Sequence record: MZ065353.1
Source of the DNA: Escherichia virus KFS-EC3
Length of the DNA: 64,000 nucleotides
Direction: 5' to 3' (one strand)
Positions within the stretch are counted from its first letter, which is position 1. Each line of letters opens with the position of its first letter. Below, one piece after another: positions 27,595-36,238 of the stretch. Under the pieces are notes generated by a model. That model did no database searches. It was not told the DNA's origin and saw nothing but the letters and a program-made list of their open reading frames with translations. The translations under genes were made by a program, and so were the position numbers.

Positions 27595-28533
27595 ATGTAC
27601 AATATTAAATGCCTGACCAAAAACGAACAAGCTGAAATTGTTAAATTGTATTCAAGCGGTAATTATACTCAGCAGGAATTGGCTGATTGGCAAGGTGTAT
27701 CGGTTGACACAATCCGCCGTGTTTTGAAAAATGCCGAAGAAGCTGGTCGTTCTAAAGTTACTATTAGTGGTGACATTACAGTTAAAGTTAAGAGCGATGC
27801 AGTTATTGCTCCAGTTGCTAAATCTGACATTATTTGGAATGCATCTAAAAAATTCATTTCAATTACTGTTGATGGTGTAACTTATAACGCAACTCCTAAT
27901 ACTCATTCAAACTTCCAGGAAATTCTTAATCTGCTTGTTGCAGATAAACTGGAAGAAGCAGCACAAAAAATTAATGTTCGCCGTGCTGTTGAAAAATATA
28001 TTTCCGGCGATGTTCGAATTGAAGGTGGAAGTTTGTTCTATCAAAATATCGAATTGCGATCTGGTTTAGTTGATCGTATTCTTGATTCGATGGAAAAAGG
28101 TGAAAATTTTGAATTTTATTTTCCGTTCTTGGAAAATCTGTTGGAAAACCCAAGCCAAAAAGCGGTGTCTCGACTCTTTGATTTCTTGGTAGCAAATGAT
28201 ATTGAAATTACAGAAGATGGCCACTTCTATGCTTGGAAAGTAGTTCGCAGTAATTACTTCGACTGCCATTCAAATACTTTTGATAACAGTCCGGGTAAAG
28301 TAGTTAAAATGCCACGTACTCGCGTGAATGACGACGATACACAAACTTGTTCTCGTGGTTTGCATGTGTGTTCTAAATCTTATATTCGTCACTTTGGTAG
28401 TTCAACTAGTCGAGTCGTAAAAGTTAAAGTACACCCTCGCGATGTAGTATCAATTCCAATTGATTACAATGATGCTAAAATGCGTACCTGCCAATACGAA
28501 GTAGTTGAAGACGTTACTGAACAATTCAAATAA
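27595..28533 (+). CDS. rIIB: rIIB protein
   Basis: 312 aa, matches T4 rIIB length. Confidence 0.95.
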   Translation: MYNIKCLTKNEQAEIVKLYSSGNYTQQELADWQGVSVDTIRRVLKNAEEAGRSKVTISGDITVKVKSDAVIAPVAKSDIIWNASKKFISITVDGVTYNATPNTHSNFQEILNLLVADKLEEAAQKINVRRAVEKYISGDVRIEGGSLFYQNIELRSGLVDRILDSMEKGENFEFYFPFLENLLENPSQKAVSRLFDFLVANDIEITEDGHFYAWKVVRSNYFDCHSNTFDNSPGKVVKMPRTRVNDDDTQTCSRGLHVCSKSYIRHFGSSTSRVVKVKVHPRDVVSIPIDYNDAKMRTCQYEVVEDVTEQFK

Positions 28534-28564
28534 GGGCTTCGGCCCTTAACTATAAAGGAAAATT

Positions 28565-28759
28565 ATGTTAGGTTATCAAGCACGAGTAAAAGAAGAATAC
28601 GATCAGCTAATGCTCAAAATTAATGCGTTGAGCAAATTTTTAGAAAGCACAAAGTTTTTAACAGTTAATGAAGTTGAACAAGAATTACTGCTTTCACAGT
28701 TTATCTCAATGAAATCTTATGCTGACTGCTTAGAGAAAAGAATTGCGCAATTCAAATAA
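28565..28759 (+). CDS. hypothetical protein (64 aa) flanked by duplicated hairpin segment
   Basis: ORF with SD AAGGAAAATT; about 45-bp imperfect direct repeat on both sides. Confidence 0.45.
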   Translation: MLGYQARVKEEYDQLMLKINALSKFLESTKFLTVNEVEQELLLSQFISMKSYADCLEKRIAQFK

Positions 28760-28762
28760 TTA

Positions 28763-28785
28763 AAGGGCTTCGGCCCTTTTGTTTT
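28763..28785 (+). terminator. Rho-independent terminator
   Basis: AAAGGGC-TTCG-GCCCTTT hairpin plus TGTTTT; second copy of hairpin at 28532-28547. Confidence 0.55.
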
Positions 28786-28795
28786 AAGGGAAATT

Positions 28796-29125
28796 ATGAT
28801 TTATTATATGAATATCAGTGATTCCGATATAAAAGAGATTAATCTACACGGAAATCATCACGCTAACATCGTGTACTGTAACAAATTTGAGTTTGGTCAT
28901 GAAAATTTAGGATTTCTTTATTGCAATGATGTTATAGTCATGGATAAAAAGAAACTCGATGAACTTGATCGTGAATCTTTAGATGAAAATGATCGAATTT
29001 ATTATGGTACTCTTAAAGTATATAACGCTTATCTCAGTGGTAAAAAGGAAAGTCTAAATGCAGAAAACGAATCCGGGTTTACAGAGACTGTTTCAGATTC
29101 CGACATTTACCCTATCGAACAATGA
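28796..29125 (+). CDS. hypothetical protein (109 aa)
   Basis: ORF with SD AAGGGAAATT. Confidence 0.45.
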   Translation: MIYYMNISDSDIKEINLHGNHHANIVYCNKFEFGHENLGFLYCNDVIVMDKKKLDELDRESLDENDRIYYGTLKVYNAYLSGKKESLNAENESGFTETVSDSDIYPIEQ

Positions 29126-29615
29126 TTTGACTGGTGAAATGAAGATCAAAATTGCTGATACTGCAAGATACTCTTTAAAACAAAATCCAAACCAAGATAA
29201 AGCAGAAGTCATCGAAAGATGCCGTATCGCTGTGTATGCAGAGTTTTTTGTAGCAGATTGGCTGAGCGGATATGTTAACAAAGGTCAAGAGGATGTTAAT
29301 GACCCGTATACATACGCATGGGATGTATTGGCACATCCAAGATACTGTGGGCTTCGAGTAGAAGTCAAGACACATCAAACTGACTCACGCTGGATTTCTG
29401 TAACAACAGGATGCAGCGGAGAGTATCCATACGGTTCTGGAATAAATCTAGGGCCCATTCTGAATCATCAAGTCGCAGACTGTATAATTATATTCAACAC
29501 TAAAGAAATTCATCCAGGTGTCATCCAGTACACTCCGAAGTTCATTGGTGACAGAGAAGACCTTCGTAAGGTTGTAAGAAAAAGTAACTACAACGGATGG
29601 TATCTTTCCATTTAA
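29058..29615 (+). CDS. denB: endonuclease IV DenB
   Basis: 185 aa, same length and position as T4 DenB. Confidence 0.85.
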   Translation: MQKTNPGLQRLFQIPTFTLSNNDLTGEMKIKIADTARYSLKQNPNQDKAEVIERCRIAVYAEFFVADWLSGYVNKGQEDVNDPYTYAWDVLAHPRYCGLRVEVKTHQTDSRWISVTTGCSGEYPYGSGINLGPILNHQVADCIIIFNTKEIHPGVIQYTPKFIGDREDLRKVVRKSNYNGWYLSI

Positions 29616-29631
29616 AAATTTTCACAAAACG

Positions 29632-29661
29632 GTTTACATACCACAAGGACTGTGGTATTAT
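29632..29661 (+). promoter_or_regulatory. early promoter inside PeSL-like cassette
   Basis: TTTACA-N17-TATTAT followed by conserved leader ACAACTATCAACTACGGAGGAACAGAAA. Confidence 0.5.
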
Positions 29662-29689
29662 ACAACTATCAACTACGGAGGAACAGAAA

Positions 29690-29953
29690 ATGAAATTTAA
29701 GTTCTTTTACGTTAAACATAAAATTACCGGTGAATTTATTGCATTTACGACTTCAACTACAGATGAAGGAGATATTTTTACTGCAGTATTTTTATCAAAA
29801 TGGGAATCAGATCAACCTTACTTATCATCACGTGAAGATCTTCAACAATTAGTTAATGGAGAATATAATGATTCATGGTCATATTTAGTCCATGATTGTG
29901 TTAAAAAGGCAATAAAACAAAAACGCTTGGAAATCGTTGAGATTGAACTATGA
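29690..29953 (+). CDS. hypothetical protein (87 aa), cassette cargo ORF
   Basis: ATG 7 nt after leader SD GGAGG. Confidence 0.5.
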   Translation: MKFKFFYVKHKITGEFIAFTTSTTDEGDIFTAVFLSKWESDQPYLSSREDLQQLVNGEYNDSWSYLVHDCVKKAIKQKRLEIVEIEL

Positions 29954-30138
29954 GTTCATTATGGTGGTGTTTCGTTTGGTTAATTAGTATTCCTTTAATT
30001 TGTTTAGCATTTACTTTTGTGATGAGGTTATTATGAAAATTTTGAATTCTGTACTTATTGCTTGTGCGTGGTGGGTTGTGCAAGTTTCAGCGGTAGTAGT
30101 TGGTATTCACATTTATTACGAATATTTTTAAAAAAGTT

Positions 30139-30168
30139 GTTTACAAGACTGTTCCTCTGTGGTACTAT
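30139..30168 (+). promoter_or_regulatory. early promoter inside PeSL-like cassette
   Basis: TTTACA-N17-TACTAT plus identical leader. Confidence 0.5.
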
Positions 30169-30196
30169 ACAACTATCAACTACGGAGGAACAGAAA

Positions 30197-30310
30197 ATGA
30201 AAAAGATTGTTAAAGCTATATGGAATGTAATTATAATTTTAGTTGTTTTGAGTATATTCCCAATTGTTTTAATGATTGATGTATTAAACGCTTACTTTGG
30301 ATTTATGTGA
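30197..30310 (+). CDS. small hydrophobic peptide (37 aa), cassette cargo ORF
   Basis: ATG after leader SD; single TM-like segment. Confidence 0.35.
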   Translation: MKKIVKAIWNVIIILVVLSIFPIVLMIDVLNAYFGFM

Positions 30311-30317
30311 GGAAAAT

Positions 30318-30515
30318 ATGAAGCGTAAACGTAGTGCTTTTACATTTATTGAATGGTTTTTCGATAATATTTTTCCGGCTTTATTCATTTTCATGCTGAT
30401 TTTCGCCTTAGGTTCAGTTGTAGTTGGAATTTATTTAATGGCGGTTGTCGGAATGGATATTCACCAAAACGGTTTAAAATCTGTAGTTGAAACAATTTGG
30501 AATGGTGTAAAATGA
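30318..30515 (+). CDS. small membrane protein (65 aa)
   Basis: ATG after SD GAGGAAAAT; two hydrophobic segments. Confidence 0.4.
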   Translation: MKRKRSAFTFIEWFFDNIFPALFIFMLIFALGSVVVGIYLMAVVGMDIHQNGLKSVVETIWNGVK

Positions 30516-30630
30516 TGAATTTGTTGAGTGGTTGGTTTTATATTCTTATGTTTTACATTGGTGCAAATTTCCCGTATTGGATGGGATGGTCAACAACTGC
30601 ATTTGGATTTTATACTCCTTGAGGTGAATT

Positions 30631-30846
30631 ATGAAAATCTTTAAAGATGTAAAAGTTGGTGAAATTTTTTGCTTGGATAGCGGTGATCAGTTAATTCGCA
30701 TTTCACCTCTTAAGAGTACCAGCGAGAAAATGACAGTTAACGCTACTTTAGTAAATAACAGTAATGAACGTTTCTGTATTGAAAATGATACTGAAACTTA
30801 TACCGTAGAAGAGTTCTGGGAATTGAGCGTCGACTGCGACGATTAA
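30631..30846 (+). CDS. hypothetical protein (71 aa)
   Basis: ORF with SD GAGGTGAATT. Confidence 0.45.
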   Translation: MKIFKDVKVGEIFCLDSGDQLIRISPLKSTSEKMTVNATLVNNSNERFCIENDTETYTVEEFWELSVDCDD

Positions 30847-30906
30847 TTTATCGGCCGTGTGTATTCATGCGGCCTTGGAGTAGAAAATAATTTAGAGGAA
30901 ATTAAT

Positions 30907-31362
30907 ATGAAATACATGACTTCTAGTGATTTACGTGATGCAGGCGCTACTATTATTGGTACAATCAAGAATGGCGAATGGTTTTTGGGAACTCCGCATA
31001 AAGACATTTTATCTAAACCTGGATTTTACTTTTTAGTGAGTAAATTCGGTGGTCCATTTGGTTGTCCATGCGTATCTGCACGATTTTATGTAGGTAATCA
31101 GCGTTCTAAGCAAGGATTCAGCGCAGTTCTAAGTCATATTCGTCAACGTCGGTCTCAGCTTGCGCGTACTATTGCAAATAACAATGTTCCATACGCAGTA
31201 TTTTATCTGCCTGCTTCTAAGATGAAACCTCTGACGACTGGATTCGGAAAAGGTCAGTTAGCTTTAGCGTTTACTCGTAATCATCATTCTGAGTATCAAA
31301 CGCTTGAAGAAATGAACCGTATGTTGGCTGATAACTTTAAATTTGTTTTGCAGGCATACTAA
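30907..31362 (+). CDS. ndd: nucleoid disruption protein Ndd
   Basis: 151 aa from internal ATG after SD GAGGAAATTAAT; matches T4 Ndd as recalled. Confidence 0.85.
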   Translation: MKYMTSSDLRDAGATIIGTIKNGEWFLGTPHKDILSKPGFYFLVSKFGGPFGCPCVSARFYVGNQRSKQGFSAVLSHIRQRRSQLARTIANNNVPYAVFYLPASKMKPLTTGFGKGQLALAFTRNHHSEYQTLEEMNRMLADNFKFVLQAY

Positions 31363-31535
31363 TGAAAGCTCTATTTGTAATGGGTTACCTATTAGTTTTA
31401 GCCTTATTCACATTGACTGGAATCTTTACGGCTTTAGGTCTACCTCTTAATGATAATGTGGCTGTCGTGATGTGTGTAGGTGGCGGATTTATCTGTTTTG
31501 AACGTTTATGCAAAATGTGTGGTGTGTATGAGTAA
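31362..31535 (+). CDS. small membrane protein (57 aa)
   Basis: ATGA overlap with ndd stop; two TM-like segments. Confidence 0.35.
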
Positions 31536-31608
31536 TTTCCATAACGAACATGTGATGCAGTTCTATCGTAACAATCTTAAAACCAAAGGCGTCTTCGGAC
31601 GCCAGTGA
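31528..31608 (+). CDS. stp: Stp peptide (26 aa)
   Basis: [26 protein letters not shown] matches the T4 Stp peptide as recalled. Confidence 0.8.
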
Positions 31609-31615
31609 GGAAAAT

Positions 31616-31774
31616 ATGAATATCGCAAAATTATTAGGAGTTATTTCATTTATTTGTTGGATAGTAGCATGTGTTTTAACTATCTGTATCGATGCTAGCA
31701 GTGTGTTTTCACAAGCTTTAGCCCAGGGTATGTGTGCATATTTAACATTTGTGTTGTTATCTACTAATGATTAA
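31616..31774 (+). CDS. small membrane protein (52 aa), ac-like position
   Basis: SD GAGGAAAATAT; hydrophobic; T4 ac sits near here. Confidence 0.4.
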   Translation: MNIAKLLGVISFICWIVACVLTICIDASSVFSQALAQGMCAYLTFVLLSTND

Positions 31775-31907
31775 GAAAATCTTGGGCTATTCATTAGCCC
31801 TTGCTGCTTTATTGGTAGCACTATATTATGGAGTAATGTTCGGATTAATTCAAGTCGTGCTTTTCATTTCTGATGTTATTATGGCACTACATTCACTAGT
31901 ATGGTAA
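31767..31907 (+). CDS. small membrane protein (46 aa)
   Basis: Hydrophobic ORF ending 4 nt before gene 52. Confidence 0.35.
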   Translation: MIKKILGYSLALAALLVALYYGVMFGLIQVVLFISDVIMALHSLVW

Positions 31908-31911
31908 ATTT

Positions 31912-33240
31912 ATGCAACTGAATAATCGCGATTTAAAAAGTATCATTGATAATGAAGCATTGGCTTATGCTATGTACACGGTTGAAAATCGTGCTATCCC
32001 AAATATGATTGATGGATTTAAGCCAGTTCAACGATTTGTTATTGCTCGAGCTCTTGATTTGGCACGAGGAAATAAAGATAAGTTTCACAAACTCGCTTCT
32101 ATTGCAGGTGGTGTAGCAGACCTTGGATATCATCATGGTGAAAACTCTGCACAAGACGCAGGTGCTTTGATGGCTAATACTTGGAATAATAACTTTCCTC
32201 TGTTAGATGGTCAAGGAAACTTTGGTTCTCGTACCGTTCAAAAAGCAGCGGCAAGTCGTTATATTTTTGCTCGTGTAAGTAAAAATTTCTATAACGTATA
32301 TAAAGATACTGAATATGCTCCGGTACATCAAGATAAAGAACACATTCCGCCTGCTTTCTATTTGCCTATTATTCCTACTGTTCTTCTTAACGGTGTTTCC
32401 GGTATTGCAACTGGTTATGCAACTTACATTCTTCCTCATAGTGTTTCTTCTGTCAAGAAAGCTGTATTACAAGCTCTTCAAGGAAAGAAAGTAACTAAAC
32501 CGAAGGTAGAATTCCCAGAATTTCGCGGTGAAGTCGTTGAAATTGACGGTCAATATGAAATTCGTGGAACATATAAGTTTACTTCACGAACTCAAATGCA
32601 TATCACTGAGATTCCATATAAGTATGATCGTGAAACTTATGTGAGTAAAATCTTAGACCCGCTTGAAGATAAAGGCTTCATTACGTGGGATGATGCTTGT
32701 GGCGAGCATGGTTTTGGCTTCAAGATTAAATTCCGCAAAGAATATTCTTTGAGCGATAATGAAGAAGAACGTCATGCAAAAATTATGAAAGACTTCGGGT
32801 TGATTGAGCGTCGTTCTCAGAATATTACGGTTATTAATGAGAAAGGAAAACTACAAGTTTACGATAACGTAGTTGATTTAATTAAAGACTTTGTTGAAGT
32901 TCGTAAAACTTATGTCCAAAAACGAATTGATAATAAAATTAAAGAAACTGAGTCAGCTTTTCGTTTAGCTTTTGCCAAGGCACATTTCATTAAGAAAGTA
33001 ATTTCAGGTGAAATTGTTGTGCAGGGTAAAACTCGCAAAGAACTGACCGAAGAACTTTCTAAAATTGATATGTATTCTTCTTATGTTGATAAACTAGTTG
33101 GAATGAATATTTTTCATATGACTTCAGATGAAGCAAAGAAACTTGCTGAAGAAGCTAAAGCCAAAAAAGAAGAAAACGAATATTGGAAAACTACCGATGT
33201 AGTTACAGAATACACCAAAGATTTAGAGGAAATCAAATGA
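31912..33240 (+). CDS. 52: DNA topoisomerase II medium subunit gp52 (GyrA-like)
   Basis: 442 aa; matches T4 gp52 length. Confidence 0.95.
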   Translation: MQLNNRDLKSIIDNEALAYAMYTVENRAIPNMIDGFKPVQRFVIARALDLARGNKDKFHKLASIAGGVADLGYHHGENSAQDAGALMANTWNNNFPLLDGQGNFGSRTVQKAAASRYIFARVSKNFYNVYKDTEYAPVHQDKEHIPPAFYLPIIPTVLLNGVSGIATGYATYILPHSVSSVKKAVLQALQGKKVTKPKVEFPEFRGEVVEIDGQYEIRGTYKFTSRTQMHITEIPYKYDRETYVSKILDPLEDKGFITWDDACGEHGFGFKIKFRKEYSLSDNEEERHAKIMKDFGLIERRSQNITVINEKGKLQVYDNVVDLIKDFVEVRKTYVQKRIDNKIKETESAFRLAFAKAHFIKKVISGEIVVQGKTRKELTEELSKIDMYSSYVDKLVGMNIFHMTSDEAKKLAEEAKAKKEENEYWKTTDVVTEYTKDLEEIK

Positions 33241-33386
33241 GTCCATTCATAGGTATTACAAGCGCTGCATTAGTATCTGGTGGCATTTTGCTGGCGGGTT
33301 TAGGCGTTGTTCCAGCCGTAGCAGGAGGTCTTCTTGCGTTCGGAATTCAACGTGTTATCATGACAGTTATCACAGTCATGCAGTAA
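33237..33386 (+). CDS. small Gly/Ala-rich membrane peptide (49 aa)
   Basis: ATGA overlap with 52 stop; GxxxG-type repeats. Confidence 0.4.
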   Translation: MSPFIGITSAALVSGGILLAGLGVVPAVAGGLLAFGIQRVIMTVITVMQ

Positions 33387-33391
33387 TCTTA

Positions 33392-33416
33392 GGGGAGCCT
33401 CGGCTCCCCTTTTTTA
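33392..33416 (+). terminator. Rho-independent terminator
   Basis: GGGGAGC-CTCG-GCTCCCC hairpin followed by TTTTTT. Confidence 0.7.
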
Positions 33417-33440
33417 TTTCAAAAATTTTTTCACAAAACG

Positions 33441-33470
33441 GTTTACAACCAAAGCATTCCATGGTACTAT
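33441..33470 (+). promoter_or_regulatory. early promoter (PeSL-like cassette, variant leader) upstream of motA
   Basis: TTTACA-N17-TACTAT; leader ACAACTATCAACTACTGATACAG. Confidence 0.5.
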
Positions 33471-33511
33471 ACAACTATCAACTACTGATACAGAATTACG
33501 GAGATTAGAAA

Positions 33512-34147
33512 ATGTCTAAAGTAACTTACATCATCAAAGCTTCTAACGATGTTCTGAATGAAAAAACTGCCGCAATTTTAATTACCATTGCTAAGAAAGA
33601 TTTCATTACAGCTGCAGAAGTTCGTGAGGTGCATCCAGATTTAGGTAACGCAGTAGTTAATAGTAATATTGGGGTATTGATTAAAAAAGGCCTGGTGGAG
33701 AAATCTGGTGATGGATTAATCATTACAGGCGAAGCTCAGGATATTATTTCAAATGCGGCAACTTTATATGCACAGGAAAATGCTCCTGAACTACTGAAAA
33801 AACGAGCAACTCGTAAAGCTCGTGAGATTACTTCCGATATGGAAGAAGATAAAGACTTCATGTTAAAACTTTTAGATGAAAATGGATTTGTTCTTAAAAA
33901 GGTTGAAACTTATCGCAGTAACTATCTCGCTATTTTAGAAAAACGCACTCATGGAATTCGTAATTTTGAAATTAACAACAATGGAAATATGCGAATTTTT
34001 GGATACAAAATGATGGAACATCATATTCAGAAATTTACTGACATCGGTATGTCATGCAAAATCGCTAAAAATGGTAATGTGTATCTTGACATTAAACGCT
34101 CAGCAGAAAACATTGAAGCTGTAATCACTGTAGCATCTGAACTGTGA
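33512..34147 (+). CDS. motA: middle transcription activator MotA
   Basis: 211 aa, matches T4 MotA length. Confidence 0.9.
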   Translation: MSKVTYIIKASNDVLNEKTAAILITIAKKDFITAAEVREVHPDLGNAVVNSNIGVLIKKGLVEKSGDGLIITGEAQDIISNAATLYAQENAPELLKKRATRKAREITSDMEEDKDFMLKLLDENGFVLKKVETYRSNYLAILEKRTHGIRNFEINNNGNMRIFGYKMMEHHIQKFTDIGMSCKIAKNGNVYLDIKRSAENIEAVITVASEL

Positions 34148-34157
34148 GGAATAAATA

Positions 34158-34487
34158 ATGAACAAGTTAGAAATTGTTAATGAACTTCGTCGTTGTGCAG
34201 AACCTACTCAAGAGGGTTGGGACATCTGGTACCACGGGGCTTATCTTGGAACTATCGTAAAGATTAAGACTGGTAAATACATGATTATTCGTGAAAATAA
34301 AGATGCTCCAGTAGGTATTCGCAATAATTTCATGACAGCGATAAGTTCCTTTACGGATTCAGCTTACGAAATTTACCTTGCTGATTATAAAGAATTCCAG
34401 GAATCTCAACCAGTTATTCGCTCAATTGGTGTTAACAAAGCTCAACAGAAAACTTTGTGGCAGCGTATTAAAGGATGGTTTAAATGA
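34158..34487 (+). CDS. hypothetical protein (109 aa)
   Basis: ORF with SD GAGGAATAAATA. Confidence 0.5.
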   Translation: MNKLEIVNELRRCAEPTQEGWDIWYHGAYLGTIVKIKTGKYMIIRENKDAPVGIRNNFMTAISSFTDSAYEIYLADYKEFQESQPVIRSIGVNKAQQKTLWQRIKGWFK

Positions 34488-34945
34488 ACCCATTTATTAA
34501 TCGTTTAAAAATGCTGAATGTGCCTTTATCTCGTGAAACTCCAGAAAGTCTTGTTGAAAAATTTAAAGCACATGGTTATAAATGCACAGAAGAAGATATT
34601 CTTGCAGAAGTTCCTGAAATCTGTTGGCAGACCGCATACTGGGACGAAAACCAAAAGTATCAACGACGAATTGTTTGCGCAGCAAATCGTTTTAAATTAA
34701 AAGATGGACGAACTCTTGTTATTCCAGGTGCTCGTCATTATTCTAAAGATATGGCAGAAGTTTTAGATGTAGTTAAACCTCAATTAGTTACTCAACAAGT
34801 TTGTGATGATGACCAAGGGTTTATTGACCAATATAGTAATTATTGGACCCGTGAAGAAGCAATGATTATTGCAACTTACGCTGGACAAGTACGTATCGAA
34901 CGCGGCGGTAGTGAAAAAGAACTTTACTCTGAGGACCTTTACTAA
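34484..34945 (+). CDS. hypothetical protein (153 aa)
   Basis: ORF with overlapping stop/start. Confidence 0.5.
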   Translation: MNPFINRLKMLNVPLSRETPESLVEKFKAHGYKCTEEDILAEVPEICWQTAYWDENQKYQRRIVCAANRFKLKDGRTLVIPGARHYSKDMAEVLDVVKPQLVTQQVCDDDQGFIDQYSNYWTREEAMIIATYAGQVRIERGGSEKELYSEDLY

Positions 34946-35241
34946 TGAATATTAAAAAGTTTCAAATTGATGGAATTACGAATCAAATCCAGGCACTGGA
35001 ATATGCCAATAAAATGATGTCAACTAATTGGGGAATTTATGCCAATGAACCGGGATTTAAGTTCTGTGATATGGAATTCACTAAAAAGCTCGTAGGAAAA
35101 GATTATGTATGTCCATTTAGTTCTATAATAAATGACATGCTAAAACCTGCTTTGCGCGATCTTTATATTGCGATGAACGAAGAAATGATAAAAGAACTAA
35201 AACGTCAACTGAAGGTGATTCAATTTGGCCAGGGAAATTAA
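34945..35241 (+). CDS. hypothetical protein (98 aa)
   Basis: ORF with overlapping stop/start. Confidence 0.5.
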   Translation: MNIKKFQIDGITNQIQALEYANKMMSTNWGIYANEPGFKFCDMEFTKKLVGKDYVCPFSSIINDMLKPALRDLYIAMNEEMIKELKRQLKVIQFGQGN

Positions 35242-35525
35242 TTCAAAATCCGATTATTTTAATTCTCTCAACGATAAAGATAAAATCTAATACGGCATTT
35301 TATTGTTGAAATGGGATATATTGATACGCATGATTTAAGAGAACATATATTTGAATGTGGTGTAGCTAAAAAGTTTTCATTCACATGCAAATGTTTAAGA
35401 GAGGTAATTCAGCACTATGAACAATTTAGTCGCAAAGCATAACTTTAATAAAGCTTCTGTTCATAAAGATAAGAAGAAAGCGTTTAAAGAATCCAATCGC
35501 AAACAGAAACATAAGGGGAAGGTCT

Positions 35526-35804
35526 ATGATTATTAATTCTCAGTCTGTGGTTCAATACACAATCAAAATTGATATTCTAGAAAAGCTATATAAGTTTCTA
35601 CCAAATTTATACCACTCGATTGTTAATGAATTAGTTGAAGAACTACATCTCGAGAATAATGATTTCTTGGTTGGAACTTATAAAGACCTCTCAAAAGCAG
35701 GATATTTTTACGTAATTCCAGCTCCAGGAAAAAGTATTGATGATGTATTAAAAACTATAATGATTTATGTTCTTGATTATGAAATTGAAGATTATTTCGA
35801 ATGA
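35526..35804 (+). CDS. arn: anti-restriction nuclease Arn (McrBC inhibitor)
   Basis: 92 aa acidic protein, same length and position as T4 Arn. Confidence 0.75.
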   Translation: MIINSQSVVQYTIKIDILEKLYKFLPNLYHSIVNELVEELHLENNDFLVGTYKDLSKAGYFYVIPAPGKSIDDVLKTIMIYVLDYEIEDYFE

Positions 35805-35965
35805 GTCATAATCTTGAAAAAGTAATCGAGCATAATGTAGCTCAGGAACGTAAGTCGTTCAAGGAATTCGTAGAAAAAATTTTTGAAGAAAATACCACAG
35901 ACCAGTTTACAAATCAAGCGTCTGATGATATTATAATAAAGTCAACTAATTGAGTGGTATAGTTA

Positions 35966-36238
35966 ATGAATAAAAATATTGATACAGTTCGTGAAATTAT
36001 TACTGTTGCGTCTATTTTGATTAAATTTTCCCGAGAAGATATTGTTGAGAATCGTGCTAATTTTATTGCATTTCTGAATGAGATTGGAGTAACGCATGAA
36101 GGTAGAAAGTTGAATCAGAATTCATTCCGTAAAATTGTTTCTGAATTAACTCAAGAAGATAAGAAAACCCTCATCGACGAATTCAACGAGGGTTTTGAGG
36201 GTGTATATCGATATCTAGAGATGTATACGAACAAATAA
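35966..36238 (+). CDS. asiA: anti-sigma70 factor AsiA
   Basis: 90 aa, matches T4 AsiA as recalled. Confidence 0.9.
   Translation: MNKNIDTVREIITVASILIKFSREDIVENRANFIAFLNEIGVTHEGRKLNQNSFRKIVSELTQEDKKTLIDEFNEGFEGVYRYLEMYTNK

Noticed and set aside
31590-31605. Hairpin GGCGTC-TTCG-GACGCC, considered as a terminator
   Set aside because: It lies inside the stp coding sequence and has no downstream U-tract; more likely an mRNA structural element than a terminator.
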